Shown in pieces: positions 27,885-48,510 of a stretch of 64,000 nucleotides of DNA (its first letter is position 1; every line of letters begins with the position of its first letter). This DNA comes from Octopus vulgaris (lineage: Eukaryota), in the NCBI GenBank assembly GCA_951406725.2, contig OX597827.1:14818001-14882000 (forward strand), in the 5' to 3' direction. A model generated the notes under the pieces. It made no database searches. It was not told the DNA's origin and worked only from the letters and a program-made list of their open reading frames with translations. The translations under genes were made by a program, and so were the position numbers.

Positions 27885-28305
27885 TCATCATCATCATCAT
27901 CATCATCGTTTAGCGTCCGTTTTCCATGCTAGCATGGGTTGGACGGTTCTACTGGGGTCTGTGAAGCCAGAAGGCTTCATCAGGCCCAGTCAAATCTGGC
28001 AGTGTTTCTACGGCTGGACGCCCTTCCTAACGCCAACCACTCCGTGAGTGTAGTGGGTGCTTTTTACGTGCCACCCGCACGATTTAAAAAAAATTTACCA
28101 TCATATTTTTCCATTTTAATATATTTATATATATATATATACCTACATATATATATATATATAGAAAAGGAAACATACATAGATACATACATATATCATC
28201 ATCATCATCATCATCATCGTTTAACGTCCGTTTTCCATGCTAGCATGGGTTGGACGGTTCGACCGGGGATCTGGGAAGCCAGAAGGCTGCACCAGGCTCC
28301 AGTCT
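27885..28305 (-). mobile_element. Two RTE 3' tail fragments
   Basis: (cat)n-cgttta[ag]cgtccgttttccatgctagcatgggttggacgg at about 27885 and 28196. Confidence 0.8.
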
Positions 28306-28417
28306 TATATATATATATATATATATACCTACATATATATATTTATATATATATATATATATACCTACATATATATATATATATATATATATACCTATAT
28401 ATATATATATATATACC

Positions 28418-28496
<79 letters not shown>

Positions 28497-28628
28497 AAGG
28501 AAAGACAGAAAACGGAAAAGATAAACAGAAAAAAGAGATAAAAAGAATAAAACAAAGAATATAGTACATGTGTGTGTGTGTGTCTGTGTGTGTGAGTGTG
28601 TGTGTGTGTATATATATAAATATGTATG

Positions 28629-28661
<33 letters not shown>

Positions 28662-28899
28662 ATGTATGTATAATAAAAGATCAAAGCATTTTTGAAAGAA
28701 TGAAGGAAAGTGAAAGTATTTCAAGAGAACATATGGAAGATGTTGGAAAGGTTGAAGGAAAGATGCTGAATCTGGAGAAGTGTGTGTGTGTGTGCGTGTG
28801 TGAGTGTGTGTGTGCATGCGTGCGTGCGCGTGTGTGCATGTGTGTGTGTGTGTGTTTGTGGCACTGAAGGAATATAAGGAATATGTCAAAAGATGAAGG

Positions 28900-34720
<5,821 letters not shown>

Positions 34721-34742
34721 TATATATATATATATATATATA

Positions 34743-35067
<325 letters not shown>

Positions 35068-35959
35068 CCATACAAAGCCTATGCCTATTTAATTAGAAAT
35101 GTTTATGTGGAGAGGAGGCGCATGGCTTAGTGATTAGGGTGTCAGCATCATGATCGTAAGATTGTGGTTTCGATTCCTGGACCGGGCGACGCGTTGTGTT
35201 CTTGAGCAAAACACTTCATTTCACGTTGCTCCAGTCCTCTCAGCTGGCAAAAATGAGTAACGCTGTGATGGACTGGCATCTCGTCCAGCTGGGGAACACA
35301 CACCATTGAAATCGGGACAACCGGGCCCATGAGCCTGACTAGGCTTTAAAAGGGTGCATTTATTTTTTTTTTTATTTATGTGGAGAGGAAAAGACAACTT
35401 TAGCTCAATGACTTATGTTTCAGACTTGTGGCAATATAAGAGGTAATTTGGAATATGCTTTGATCTTCTAAGACTTTGCCACTGAAGAATGGACCTCATT
35501 GAATCACTAAGACTGCAGTAATGTAACCGAAGCAGAGATACAAAATGGAAAAAAATTTTTAAATAAATTGCTAAGATTAATTACTCAGAGACACCATCAG
35601 CATAAAAAACACAGTCAAGTTAGTATTATCATAACTAATGCAATGAACTTCAAGAATCTAAATATTTTTGCTTAAACTTAATGCTTTGAAAATGTAATAT
35701 ACAAATAAATATCTGTAAATATAAAACCATCCGAATTTTTGAGTACCTCATTTCTTCTAATATAAAATACCTGTACATCATCTCCAAACCTTCTAATATA
35801 TATATATATATACAATAGGTTTCGTTCGGTTTCTGTCTCCTAAATCCACTCCCAAGGATTTGGTCGGCCTGAGGCTATAGTAAAAGACACATGCCCAAGG
35901 TGCCATGCAGTGGGACTGAACCCAGAGCCATGTGATTGGGAAGCAATCTTCTTACCACA

Positions 35960-36019
<60 letters not shown>

Positions 36020-36099
36020 GTGTGCGTATATATATGTATATATTTGTGTGTGTGTGTATGTATATATGTTTACACACACACACATATATATATATATAT

Positions 36100-36717
36100 C
36101 CCGTGTGCAAACAGCTATGCTACATGGCAGTGAAACATGGTCTGTGACAGCCAAGGACATGCTTAGGCTTAAAAGAAATGAAGCCAGTATGCTTCGCTGG
36201 ATGTGCAATGTCAGTGTGCATGTTCGATAGTGTGCAAGAGAGAGACGACTGCATTGGTATGGTCATGTGATGCATATGGACAAGGACAGCTGTGTGAAGA
36301 AGTGCTAATCTCTAATTGTGGAAGGCACCTGTGGTAGAGGTAGACATGGGACAGGAAGACATGGGACAAGGTGGTGAGGCATGATCTTCAAACTTTGGGT
36401 TTCACAGGTAATGATTAGCAACTGAGATCTTTGGCAATTTGCTGTACTTGAGAAGACCTGTCAAGCCAAGTGAAATCATAGTCGTGACCGATGCTGGTGT
36501 CATGTAACTGGCACCTGTGCCAGTGGCACGTAAGGAGCACCTTTCAAGTATTGGGCCTCATGGAGGCAAAGTGGCTGAGTTTTCCTTTCGAGTGTTGGGC
36601 CTCTTGGAGCCAGTGACCAAGACCTTTGGCATTATGTCGTGCTTCAGAAGAAGACCCCCTCAAGCCGAGCAAAATCCCAGTCATGGCAGATGCCGGTGTC
36701 ACACAAATGGCACCTGT
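36100..36717 (+). mobile_element. RTE LINE 3' fragment
   Basis: [38 protein letters not shown] and [15 protein letters not shown]. Confidence 0.88.
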
Positions 36718-37498
36718 ACCAAGAGAAACATATCAGTGTCACCTCACAACAACAGCTCAACAAACAATGCCTTATATTGCTGCATATTGACATCTACAGG
36801 GAAAATAGATAGATAGATAGATAGATAAACTTACACACACCACACACACATATATATATATACATACATATTTTACATATATACATATGTCTGCCTTTGT
36901 ATATGTGTTTATGTACATCTTTAGGCAACTTTTTGTTTTATAAGACCATGGATCTTAACCTGGAAAATCTTGTTTCAATCTGAGCTGATGGGACAGCGTC
37001 TATTTTCCCTGTAGATGTCAATACACAGCAATATAAGGCATTGTTTGTTGAGCTGTTGTTGTGAGGTGACACTGATGTGTTTCTCTTGGTTTCCACCCCA
37101 GATAATGTCGTATGGAAGGCTTGCAATTGACTATGCAGTAGATCTCCCTTGTACAGGACACTTTTGTTCTCCAAGATAAGGTGTTCTAAGTAGCTTGGCA
37201 CAAGGGCTGTGGCAAGTGTAATCAGAATGTAATGTATATGTATGTATCTATGTGTAAGCCGTTGCTTTTTGAATGTTTTTGAATGTTGTGGTTCATGTAT
37301 TCACCGGATGAAAACGGCTTTTTTCTAATGAGGTAATGTCTTCATTAATCAATTAAAATTTCGTTGGTAACAGCTGTAGTGACTTGTCACATTATCCATT
37401 TGTTGTTATTTATTCATTTATCTATGTATGTATATATAGGTATGTATAAGATACATTTATACAAGCAATGCATATGTGCATATATATATATATATATA

Positions 37499-37751
37499 CT
37501 GTTGTGTCTGGGGAGAGTCATTTTCTTTTCGTGCCTTATTATTTAACACACTCACCGGTAAAATTTCCACTTATTTCTTATTTTTATTTTCCTAAAATTT
37601 TCGTTGCGTCTTGCAACCTTTTCAATAGTTTTGAGTCAAATCTGTTGCAAGACGCAACGAAAATAAAAATAAGAAAAAAGTGGAAATTTTACCGGTGAGT
37701 GTGTTAAATAATAAGGCACAAAAAGAAAGCGACTCTCCCTGGACACAATAG
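37499..37751. mobile_element. Fold-back element, about 110-bp inverted arms
   Basis: gtgccttattatttaacacactcaccggtaaaatttccactt pairs with aagtggaaattttaccggtgagtgtgttaaataataaggcac. Confidence 0.8.
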
Positions 37752-37829
37752 AATATGCTTCAATACACAAACTCATATAAAGAATCTTGCAAACCAATTC
37801 CAAAAACGAAATATATATATATATAAACA

Positions 37830-38170
37830 ATTGCAGTGTGGAAGGTATTTATAAGCCATTTAAGAAACACACAAAAACTGTTAGATTCACTTCAACATTT
37901 AATTTTAATTTACAAAAATATTTTCATCGCTTTGAGACCTCGACCTGTTCACTGACAAAATTCCGTGCTGCACAGAATTTTCTAAGTGAACAGGTCAGTG
38001 AACAGGTTGTGCTCTCAAAGCAACAAAAATATTTTGGCAAATTAAATTTAAATGTTGAAGTGAATCTAACGGCTTTTGTGTGTTTCTTAAATGGCTTATA
38101 AACACATTCCACGCTGCAATGGTTTTCGTTCTCAGATCAGATCACTTGCTATGCAAGTACATCTCCGTAA
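37830..38170. mobile_element. Fold-back element, about 125-bp inverted arms
   Basis: ataagccatttaagaaacacacaaaa...ttagattcacttcaacattta pairs with its reverse complement at about 38049-38100. Confidence 0.8.
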
Positions 38171-38244
38171 TATACATATATATATATAAATATATACTCC
38201 TGAAATCAGAACGCCATGTTGGATCGTTAGCCCCTACACGCAAT

Positions 38245-38440
38245 TTTTTTCTCTCCGTGTTTCTTTTCTGTGTATCTTTCTGTCGAAGAGCGTAGGCTCA
38301 AAACGTAAAAGACTTGTTTTATTTCTATTCCTGAGTGCCATACTAATACATTGTTTGTTTGTACTCCACCTGCCTTCGTCTTTTGTTTATTTCCGTAAAC
38401 CTGACTTCGTCTTTTGTTTATTTCCGTAAACCTTCCCGTT
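38245..38440 (+). mobile_element. Family D element (hammerhead-like core 38276-38311)
   Basis: cttt-CTGTCGA-a-gagcgtaggctc-aAAA-cg-TA-aaag. Confidence 0.7.
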
Positions 38441-39584
38441 ATATTATATATATATATATATACATAAATATGTATATGTGAGCACATGTATGTGTAGATA
38501 TATGTGTTTGAATTGCACACATTTGTAAAATTAGCTACAGATATAAATACACAGACGTTAGGTATATATGAAATTAAGAAACTGCGTTATCAGTTGTGGC
38601 AATGCAGTAAGTAACCATTTCTTTCGGAGAATATGAATTCACATTGATTGACTGATATTATTTGAAGTATGAACAGCAAAATCTGTTAAAGCCAAGAGCC
38701 AGATCAAAGAGTAAAATGTTTTCACACTGATGATATTACCAGCAGCAGGCTTATGATGAGTGAAAATCCTACTCCAAGCTTTATTCTACATGTGAAATAT
38801 GCTAAATCTATAATTATTTTAGAATAATTTTCATTGTAATCTAGTCTGTAAAATCTTATAATCTATTCTAGCATAATATCCTTTAATCATATGTAGCACA
38901 TCAACTCAAGATTTGTCTTTCGAATGTTCAGCTTTCTATATCTCTTGCTATAATTCCTTCAATTGTCATGTCCAAATTTTGTCTTTACGTTCAGCTTAAT
39001 CCAAAACACATGTTAGTAGTAACTCTTTATAAAGCTATTGTTGTCATATTAAGAATAGCAATGGGCTAGTTATATTTAATCAATACTAGCTAACCCTTTG
39101 ACAGCAAGCTAATCAATTAAAAAAAAAACATTAAGTCCGACTGAAAAATCTTCTTTTAACATAGATTTGTAGTACTCAAGTGGAAGGATTTGTAAACATT
39201 AATAATTTCACCATAATGATAATTATAATGATGATGATGATGATGATGATGATGATTATCTCTTATGCAAAGCCAGAAATCCGGGATCTGGAATTATCCA
39301 GTAATTTTTTTGCTAGTTTATTTTCTCTCTTTGTCTTCTCTCCTAGAGCTATATGAACATTTAATATGGTTTTAGAGTCAAGTTTTGACTGGTATTTTCA
39401 GTGTGGTGGTATCTCTTAGATACCCAAAATTATAATTTTAAATAATTATTACCTTTGAAAGGTTTTTTATTCCCATGCTGGCCACTTGATAAGATCGAAA
39501 TTTTAATATCGATCTTATCTTTATTTATATAAATATATATCTATGCTATTACCCATGATAGATTGCTATCCACTACACTTTCTT

Positions 39585-39731
39585 TATTTTTTCTCCCTGT
39601 TTCTATCTGTGTTCCTTTCTGTGGAAGAGCATAGGCTCGAAACATTAAAGACTTTTTCACTTCCTGAGCGTTAAACTAATAAATTTGTTTGTTGTCTACA
39701 CCACCTGTCTTCAACTTTTGTATTCTCCCTA
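39585..39731 (+). mobile_element. Family D element (core 39615-39650)
   Basis: cttt-CTGTGGA-a-gagcataggctc-GAAA-ca-TT-aaag, ends at (TA)n. Confidence 0.7.
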
Positions 39732-39809
39732 TATATATATATGTATCTACATATGTATAAATATATACACATATATATATATCCACACACACACATACAC
39801 ACACACACG

Positions 39810-39861
<52 letters not shown>

Positions 39862-39882
39862 TGTGTATATATATATGTGTGC

Positions 39883-39913
<31 letters not shown>

Positions 39914-40242
39914 CTTGTGAAGGTGTGTGGCTTAGAGATTAGGGCATTCACCCATCTGCACGTTGTGTCCTTGAGCAAGACACTTTATTTCACATTGCTC
40001 CACTCCACTCAATTAGCAAAAGTGAGCAGTTCCTGTGATTCAAAGGACCGGCCCCGTCACATTTTGTGTCACGCTGAATCTCCCTGAGCACTGCATAAAG
40101 GTTATGTGTGTCTGTGGAGCATTCAGCCACTTGCATGTTAATTTCCCAAGCAGGTTGTTCCATTCATCAGATCAACTGGAACCCTTATCATCATAACCAA
40201 CAAAGTTCCAGTTACATATACATATATATATATGTATATATA

Positions 40243-40965
<723 letters not shown>

Positions 40966-41689
40966 TTATATACATATATATAAATATATATATATAACTG
41001 CATGTATATAAATATACACATATATATACATATACACACACACCCACACATATATATGTGTGTGTGCGGGTGTATATATATATGTGTACAAATGTGTATA
41101 TATATGTGTGTATATGTATGTATAATTGAAAACAAAGGTTGTCTACTTGGAGGAAAGTAGCTTTCCTTTACAATTAAGACGCAGTGTCAAGACAGGTTGA
41201 CACAAGCACACACTGATTCATGCACACAGGTACACATGTACACACAAACACACACACACACACACACAAACACACGCACACGCACACACGTGTATGTGTG
41301 TATCAAATCCACTCAAAAGGCTTTGGTTGGCTCAGGGTTATATTAGACATTATAGTAGACATTACTAGCAAAAAGTATTAATTTCACCAAAATAACAAAA
41401 TTTACATTCATTTTTTTTTTGTTTTTTATGGGTTTTTTTTGTTAGATCTCAAAAGTCATATTCTGGTACACTTACCACATCTCCATAACAAGGCCTGATA
41501 TACTTGGATGCATTCTGAAAAAATAACAATAATAATAATATCAGTTAGGGGCAACAAATTTCATTTTTTGTTTACTTCTTTTCTTTTCGAAACATTAATA
41601 AATTAACAAAGAATGTAGTATGGAGTATATGTAGTAAATGTGATGTTTGGTGCTAGTGAAACATAGGTGTGGGTGAATGGACGATTTAC

Positions 41690-41858
41690 AGGTGTAGGAG
41701 TGGCTGTGTGGTAAGTAGCTTGCTTACAAACCACATGGCTACGGGTTCAGTCGCACTGCTGGTGGCATCTTGGGCAAGTGTCTTCTACTATAGCCTCAAG
41801 CTGACCAAAGCCTTGTGAGTGGATTTGGTAGACGGAAAACTGAAAGAAGCCCGTCGTA

Positions 41859-41909
<51 letters not shown>

Positions 41910-42130
41910 GTGTGTGTGTGTGTGTGTGTTTGTCCCTCCCCCCAACGTCGTTTGATAACTGATGCTGGTATGTTTACGTCCCCATGACTTATCGGTTTGG
42001 CAAAAAAGACCGATAGAATAAGTACTAGGCTTAGAAAGAATAAGTCCTGGGGTTGATTTGCTCGAGTAAAGTCAGTGCTCCAGCATGGCCACAGTCAAAT
42101 GACTGAAACAAGTAAAAGTGTAAAAGAGAG
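41690..42130 (+). mobile_element. SINE family A, full length
   Basis: Family A blocks. Confidence 0.92.
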
Positions 42131-42167
42131 GCTAAAGATGGATTAATTGTGTATGATCCTTTTTATA

Positions 42168-42583
42168 TTACTCTTTTACACTTTACTCTTTTACTTGTTT
42201 CAGTCATTTGACTGTGGCCATGCTGGAGCACCACCTTTTAGTCGAGCAAATTGACCCTAGGACTTATCCTTTTTGTAAGCCCAGTACTTATTCTATCGAT
42301 CTCTTTTGTCGAACTGCTAAGTGACGGGGATGTAAACACACTAGCATCGGTTGTCAAGCAATGCTAGGGAGACAAACACAGACACACAAACATATACACA
42401 TACATATATACATGTATACGACAGGCTTCTTTCAGTTTCCGTCTACCAAATCTACTCACAAGGCTTTGGTCGGCCCGAGGCTATAGTAGGAGACACTTGC
42501 CCAAGATGCCACGCAGTGGGACTGAACCTGGAACCATGAGGCTGGTAAGCAAGCTACTTACCACACAGCCACTCCTGTGCCTA
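42168..42583 (-). mobile_element. SINE family A, full length, tail-to-tail with previous copy
   Basis: Reverse complement of family A. Confidence 0.92.
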
Positions 42584-44629
42584 TTGAAAAAATTAAATAA
42601 GAGAATCAGCCAATGTATGCAAATAGGAAAGGGCCACCCTGGTATGTGGAATGTGATTCAATTAGGAAAATGTTCTGCTAAAATGTTAAAAGGGTGAATA
42701 TTGTCACTGATGGTGGAAGTTGTTGGAAGTTTCTTCGCTTTGTAGCAGAAGCAGACCATGGAAGAAGAGATGACAAGATGAGAATGTAGGGCTGCCTGCT
42801 CAGACAAGAATAATCCCATCAATTCATTCAGTGCCTGTCAGTATAGAATAACAGGTATCAAATCAGCGATAGTGATGTGACAGACAAGATGGGAAGAGAG
42901 GAGGAGGACGGGTGGAGAGGTGGAGGGAGGGGACAAGGAGGATGAGGACGACAAGGACAAGGAGGATGACAACAACGAGGAGGAGGACGATGAAGCAGAG
43001 GTGGTGTTGGTGGTGGTGTTGGTGGTAGTGGTGGTGGTAGTGGTGGTGGTGGTGGTGTTGATGGTGAAGACGATGGAAGGAAAGGTAGAAGTGGAAGCAA
43101 AAAGGGATTAACGAAAAATGACCATAAGCTTCCGTAAACAAATTTTGTTTTGGTTACATCCTTCTTTGGACCAACATGGTGATCCAATTTTTTTTTTCTT
43201 ATGTCAATTTAGCATGATTGAATCATAACTGACTTCACCTTCAAAATCATCGAAGCACTTTAATGACATCCACAATAACATATGTGTCCAGACTAAGGTC
43301 AGTCCACTGCAGAACAGCAGCTAATCTGTTTTGTTTGAGATGTCATAATCCTCATTATATATCCAGCATGTCATGTATTTATCGGCAAGACACAGACTAC
43401 CTTGCATTGAACAATGTGGATAGAGCAATCCTAGGTCCTTGAATTCGGCTTCTTGAATTGTTCCTAAGGAACAATTCAAAAGACTAACAAGATATGCGTC
43501 ATTTGAAATTTGAATGTTAATTTGGAAGTGTCAGAAACACCATACAAAATAATGATTTAATGTAATGAAATTTGGCAAGGTGGTGTAATTAATAAGATTA
43601 CTTCCTGACCACATGGTCTCAGGTTCTGTCTTCCTGCATGGGCAGTTGTCTTCTACTATAACCTCTGGTTGGCCAAAAGCCTTAGGAGTAGATTTGGTAT
43701 AAGGAAACTAAAAGAAGCATGTAGTGTGTGTACGTGTGTGTGTGTGTGTATGCATGTATGCATGTGCATGTGTGTGTGTGTGTGTATGCGCATGTGCATA
43801 TGTGTGTTTGTGTGAGTGAGTTTGTATTTCCCTAGTCGTAATGTGTGTTTGCTGACAGTAAACAAGGGGTCACTGATGATGTCACTAAGTGCATCCATTG
43901 CCAAAAACATGTCCAGGTTTCTTGACATGTTTTGATATGATGTGGGATCTTTGTAAGCAAACATTTCGTTCATAGGGTGTCGTTTGCTTCCAATTCTCTG
44001 CACAAGCATATCCAGAATGCTTGTTGCTCAACCGCTTGGAAGATTGTTTACCCGCTTGGAAACAAATGGAGGTTGGCAACTGAAAGAGCATCTAACCATA
44101 GAAAACTCTGCCCCTGTGCCTCCACCATCCTCATCATTGCTGTTGTGGTGAGAAGGAGAGAGCAGGCTAAGGAGGAGGGAGAGAGGACACTGAGGAGGAG
44201 GGAGGGAGGATGCTGAGGAGGAGGCTAAGGAGGAAGGAGGGAGGACGCTGAGGAAGAGGCTGAGGAGGAAGTAGGGAGGACGCTGAGGAAGAGGCTAAGG
44301 AGGAGGGAGGGAGCATACTCTATTTTACTTCAGATTTTCATTGCTAAACTTCTTCATTTATCCAACCAGGAATTCCCAGGTTTCTTCTAGGAAGCAATTG
44401 TTAATCTCGTAATATAATAATTTATCTGGTGATTGAATCAGATCTGTACCAAAGTTGACTAAATTATATCTTTTCTCATTTACCTTTGCCTTTGTGTGTG
44501 TGTTTACTTTACTGAGTAATAATTAAGTATTGAGTTTACTAGCAACCAAATATTAACAAAGCCACGCAAATGAACTTTTCTGGTTTAAAAAATGTATGAA
44601 ATATTATTATTACTTAATAATCATTTGAT

Positions 44630-45208
44630 TAGGTGGTGAAGCACGACCTTCGACCATTAGGTCTCACCGAGGCAATGACTAGTGATCGAGACCTTTGGAA
44701 GTATGCTGTGCGTGAGAAGACCCGGCAGGACAAGTGAGACCATAACCCGTGGCCTCTACCTGGGATGTAGCCAGCCCACTTATGCATACCTTTCCTTCTT
44801 GGGACACAAAACTCTGCTTGCAAAGACCTGTTGAGGCAAGTGAAACTGAAATTGAACTCGATCAAAATCAATGGAAATTGTAGTTGTGATACTAGTGCCG
44901 GGGGCATGTAAGAGAACCATCCAAACATGGCTGTTGCCAGTGCCGCCACGACTGGCCTCCATGCTGGTGGCACGTAAAAAGCACTATCCGATCGTGGCCG
45001 TTGCCAGCCTCATCTGACACCTGTGTCGGTGGCACGTAAAAAGCACCCACTACACTCACGGAGTGGTTAGGCGTTAGGAAGGGCATCCAGTTGTAGAAAC
45101 ACTGCCAGATCAGACTGGGCCTGGTGCAGCCTTCTGGCTTCCCAGACCCCAGTTGAACCGTCCAACCCATGCTAGCATGGAAAGCAGACTTTAAACGATG
45201 ATGATGAT
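44630..45208 (+). mobile_element. RTE LINE 3' end with 3' UTR and (gat)n tail
   Basis: VVKHDLRPLGLTEAMTSDRDLWKYAVREKTRQ then UTR and gttgaaccgtccaacccatgctagcatgg tail. Confidence 0.88.
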
Positions 45209-45379
45209 TATATCATTCTAAAATATGCTGAGATAACTTGTGATCAGAGATGTGATCGAGAATAATCCGACTGTATATGGTGAAGTTAATGTTTTGGGCT
45301 TTAGATGCTGAAGTTGGATGCTGGTTATTATATTGAAGACATCCTTAATAAAACCAGGGGCTCTTTTGATCATCTTCAA

Positions 45380-45583
45380 TTAGGGTGGCCATAAAAAATT
45401 ACTGAAATAATTGGGGCCCGAGTTGATACATCCACTGTTTATTGATGTAGAAAAGGAGACTGACTGCTGTTGACATTTTAAATGACACTCAACAGATAAA
45501 CTACATGCAGATTTTGTGTCACTACCAGCAAAACCAAAGCAGTTTGGACTTTTGGGACATGTCAGTAAAAACTGTATATTTCT
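45380..45583 (-). CDS. Possible alternative terminal exon (RNIQFLLTCPKSPNC...NFLWPP*)
   Basis: T-run + CAG acceptor in phase 0, then 67 open codons to a stop in non-repetitive DNA; no homology evidence. Confidence 0.2.
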   Translation of the reverse strand, partial: RNIQFLLTCPKSPNCFGFAGSDTKSACSLSVECHLKCQQQSVSFSTSINSGCINSGPNYFSNFLWPP

Positions 45584-46769
45584 CTGAAAAAAACCAATGT
45601 ACTTGCATTCCACTTGCTCTGGAGTGTAACTGTATTTCATTGTTTTACAATCAATATTTTCAATAGAAAATATGACTATCATTCAGAACTTCTGTGTAAC
45701 CCATTGCTTTCAGAAAGCCTTGTTCTACACTATCAGACATACCCTACCCTCTAACTAATTCCCGGCCCCACTTCCCCACTCATTTTTACCTATCTTGTAC
45801 TTTGAATGTCCACCCTGATGCTTCCTCACCATTATTTTTATCTCTTTTAACCTCCACCTTGGTCACTCCCATCTTCTCTTCTAAAATCTAAGTATTCATA
45901 TAGCTCCTCTAAGTATTCATATAGTATTCATATAGTATTCATATAACTCCTCTATAGTAAGAATCTTGCTATGTTCCCATCTTTTTCTCTTGTACTATAC
46001 CCACTTCTACTCCTTATTCTCTCAGCATAAAGTTTTCCTCCTCACTCAAGGTTCATAGTCTTGCAAATTGCATGACAACCTCACTGTTGCTGGTGACATG
46101 AAAAAAGTACCCAATGCACTTTTTAAAGTGGTTGGCATTAGGAAGGGCATCCATTTATAGACAGTGGAGCATGACGTAATCCTTGGACCATCGGGTCCAG
46201 TAAAACTGTCCAACCCATAGCAGCATAGAATATGAACGTTAAAAAATGACGATGACAGTTTGTACTACTTAATATTGGTTTTAGAATCTTCATTTTCATT
46301 CTAGTAAATGTACAGTTAACCTAATCGACTATAAACCATTTGCTATAAAACTACATTCAGACATGTGATTAGAATTTCAAGATGGATTCTTGGAAGAATC
46401 ACAAGATGGATTCTTCAAGCTGAGCCAACTGGCAGGAAGCCTAGGGGCAGCCCAAAGAATGAGATGGCTAGATAATATCCATATTCTCAGTTGGTCATAC
46501 TTGGGAATCCAGCCAGAAAATTTGATGATGGTTGTTTCCGATTGGACCTTATGGAGGAGATGCCTGAGGGCTCTACCTCCATGACTCTCTCCAAGGAATT
46601 GTGGCCAAAGAAGATGAATGGATGGATTGCAATTCCAACTAATAATGATTATAGAAGTTCACCACACATTGAAGTTGCTACAACTTCATACATCCAGCTA
46701 TGTTATATGATTTATATGTGAAACATATAAAGAAACACTGTTTCGACCCTGTGCTTTAGGATACCTATT

Positions 46770-47205
46770 GAGTCAAGTATACCAACATCAAAAATCAATC
46801 GAAATTGTAGTTGTGATCCCTGTGCCACTGGCACGTAAATGGCACCATCCAAACGTGGCTGATGCCAGCACTGCCTTGACTGGCTTCCGTGCCTGTGGCA
46901 CATAAAATGCACCATCCAAACGTGGCCGATGCCAGCACCGCCTTGACTGACTTCCGTGCCGGTGGCACGTAAATAGCACCAATCTGATCGTGGCCATTGC
47001 CAGCCTCATCTGGCACCTGTGCTGGTGGCACATAAAAAGCACCCACTACACTTACGGAGTGGTTGGCATTAGGAAGGGCATCCAGCTGTAGAAACACTGC
47101 CAGATCAGACTAGAGCCTGGCGCAGCCTTCTGGCTTCCCAGATCCCAGTCGAACCATCCAACCCATGCTAGCATGGATAAACGGACGTTCAACGATGATG
47201 ATGAT
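46770..47205 (+). mobile_element. RTE 3' UTR copy with internal ~66-bp tandem repeats
   Basis: Same UTR and tail as the 44870-45208 copy. Confidence 0.85.
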
Positions 47206-48510
47206 GTGGTAATAAGCTCATGGTATAAAGACTAAAGGCTAAAGACTTGATTTTGATCGTTCCTAGTAACTTGAGGTCATTTTCGTTTTAGTACCTAGTA
47301 ACTTCCTATCTCCATTCTGCTTATAATCATGTGGCTTCAAATCTGGTCAAAGCCACAATAAATAAGTAAATAATAGGGGAATGATGATAGTGATGGTGGT
47401 GGTGGTGGTGGTGGTGGTTGTCGCAGTCATTATCATCATCCTCATCATTGCTGTTGTGGTGAAAAGAGTGAGAGAGCAGGCTGAGAAGGAGGGAGGTAGG
47501 AAGCTGAGGAGGAGGGAGGGATGATGCGGAGGAGGAGGCTAAGGAGGAGGGAGGGAGGATGCTGAGGAGGAGGCTAAGGAGGAAGGAGGGAAGACGCTGA
47601 AGAAGAGGCTGAGAAGGAGGCTAAGGAGGAAGGAGGGAGGACGCTGAGGAAGTGGCTGAGGAAGAGGGAGGGAGCAGGCTGAGGCAGTGGGAAGGAGAAG
47701 ACTGAGGCAGAGAGAGGCAAGAGGCTGAGGGTGAAGGAACAAAGAGGCCGAGGAGGTGGTATTTTTTCCATTGGTACAAGGCCTAATCAACTGAATTGAC
47801 CAGACTCTTCTCTTCTTCCGCTACAGTTTACTGTGTTGTGCTGATGTAAGATGACTTCACAGATAAGATAATAGATAAAAATTGACCATGAGTTAATCAC
47901 ACAAGAAACTCCAAAGGAAAATAGGTATTTGGGGTCAATAAAAAAAAATATATAGAAAGATTAACATGCTTTCAGGGAGGTTTCATGAATACAGTTAGAG
48001 AAAAACAAAAAAGTGCGGACATAGTGTATGTAGTTAAGAAGTTCACTTTACAACTTTATAGTTTCAGGTTCAATTCCACTGCCCAGTACCTTGAGCAAAT
48101 GTCTTCTGCTTTACATTTAGACTGACCAATTCTGTTTGAGTGTAATTTAGTAATGCAAATAATGTTGAAGTCATATTCATTATGTGTGTTTGATCTTTAC
48201 TAATTTTAATTATTTGAAGTCTTCCTCTAATGACGGAGCTGGTCTCTGACAAAGATGCAAAACCCCCATCGATCAAATGTCGGTTACAAAAGCGATGATG
48301 TTACATTTTGAACTGGAGAACAGTTTTGCATATTTATAATGTCCTGCTTACAGATTGTATATAGCTGGCTGCTTTCTTTTCTGAAAAAACTGTGCATATG
48401 CATATGTGTGTGTGTGTGTGTGTGTACATACATACATATGTATACATATATTCTGTATAATTATATATAATTATATATAAAACGTATATAATTGGTTATT
48501 CTACCAATTA

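Noticed and set aside
43150-43480. Possible mariner transposase remnant (WIY..YD..K; KVL..F.G) plus a small palindrome
   Set aside because: Too degenerate to support without a search
46820-47040. CRISPR-like spaced repeats (gtggcac...aaa.gcac)
   Set aside because: Internal tandem repeats of the RTE 3' UTR with similar, non-unique spacers; eukaryotic context and no cas genes
48352-48380. 29-nt minus-strand AG/GT-bounded segment
   Set aside because: Not a multiple of 3, so incompatible with the flanking phase-0 exons on its own
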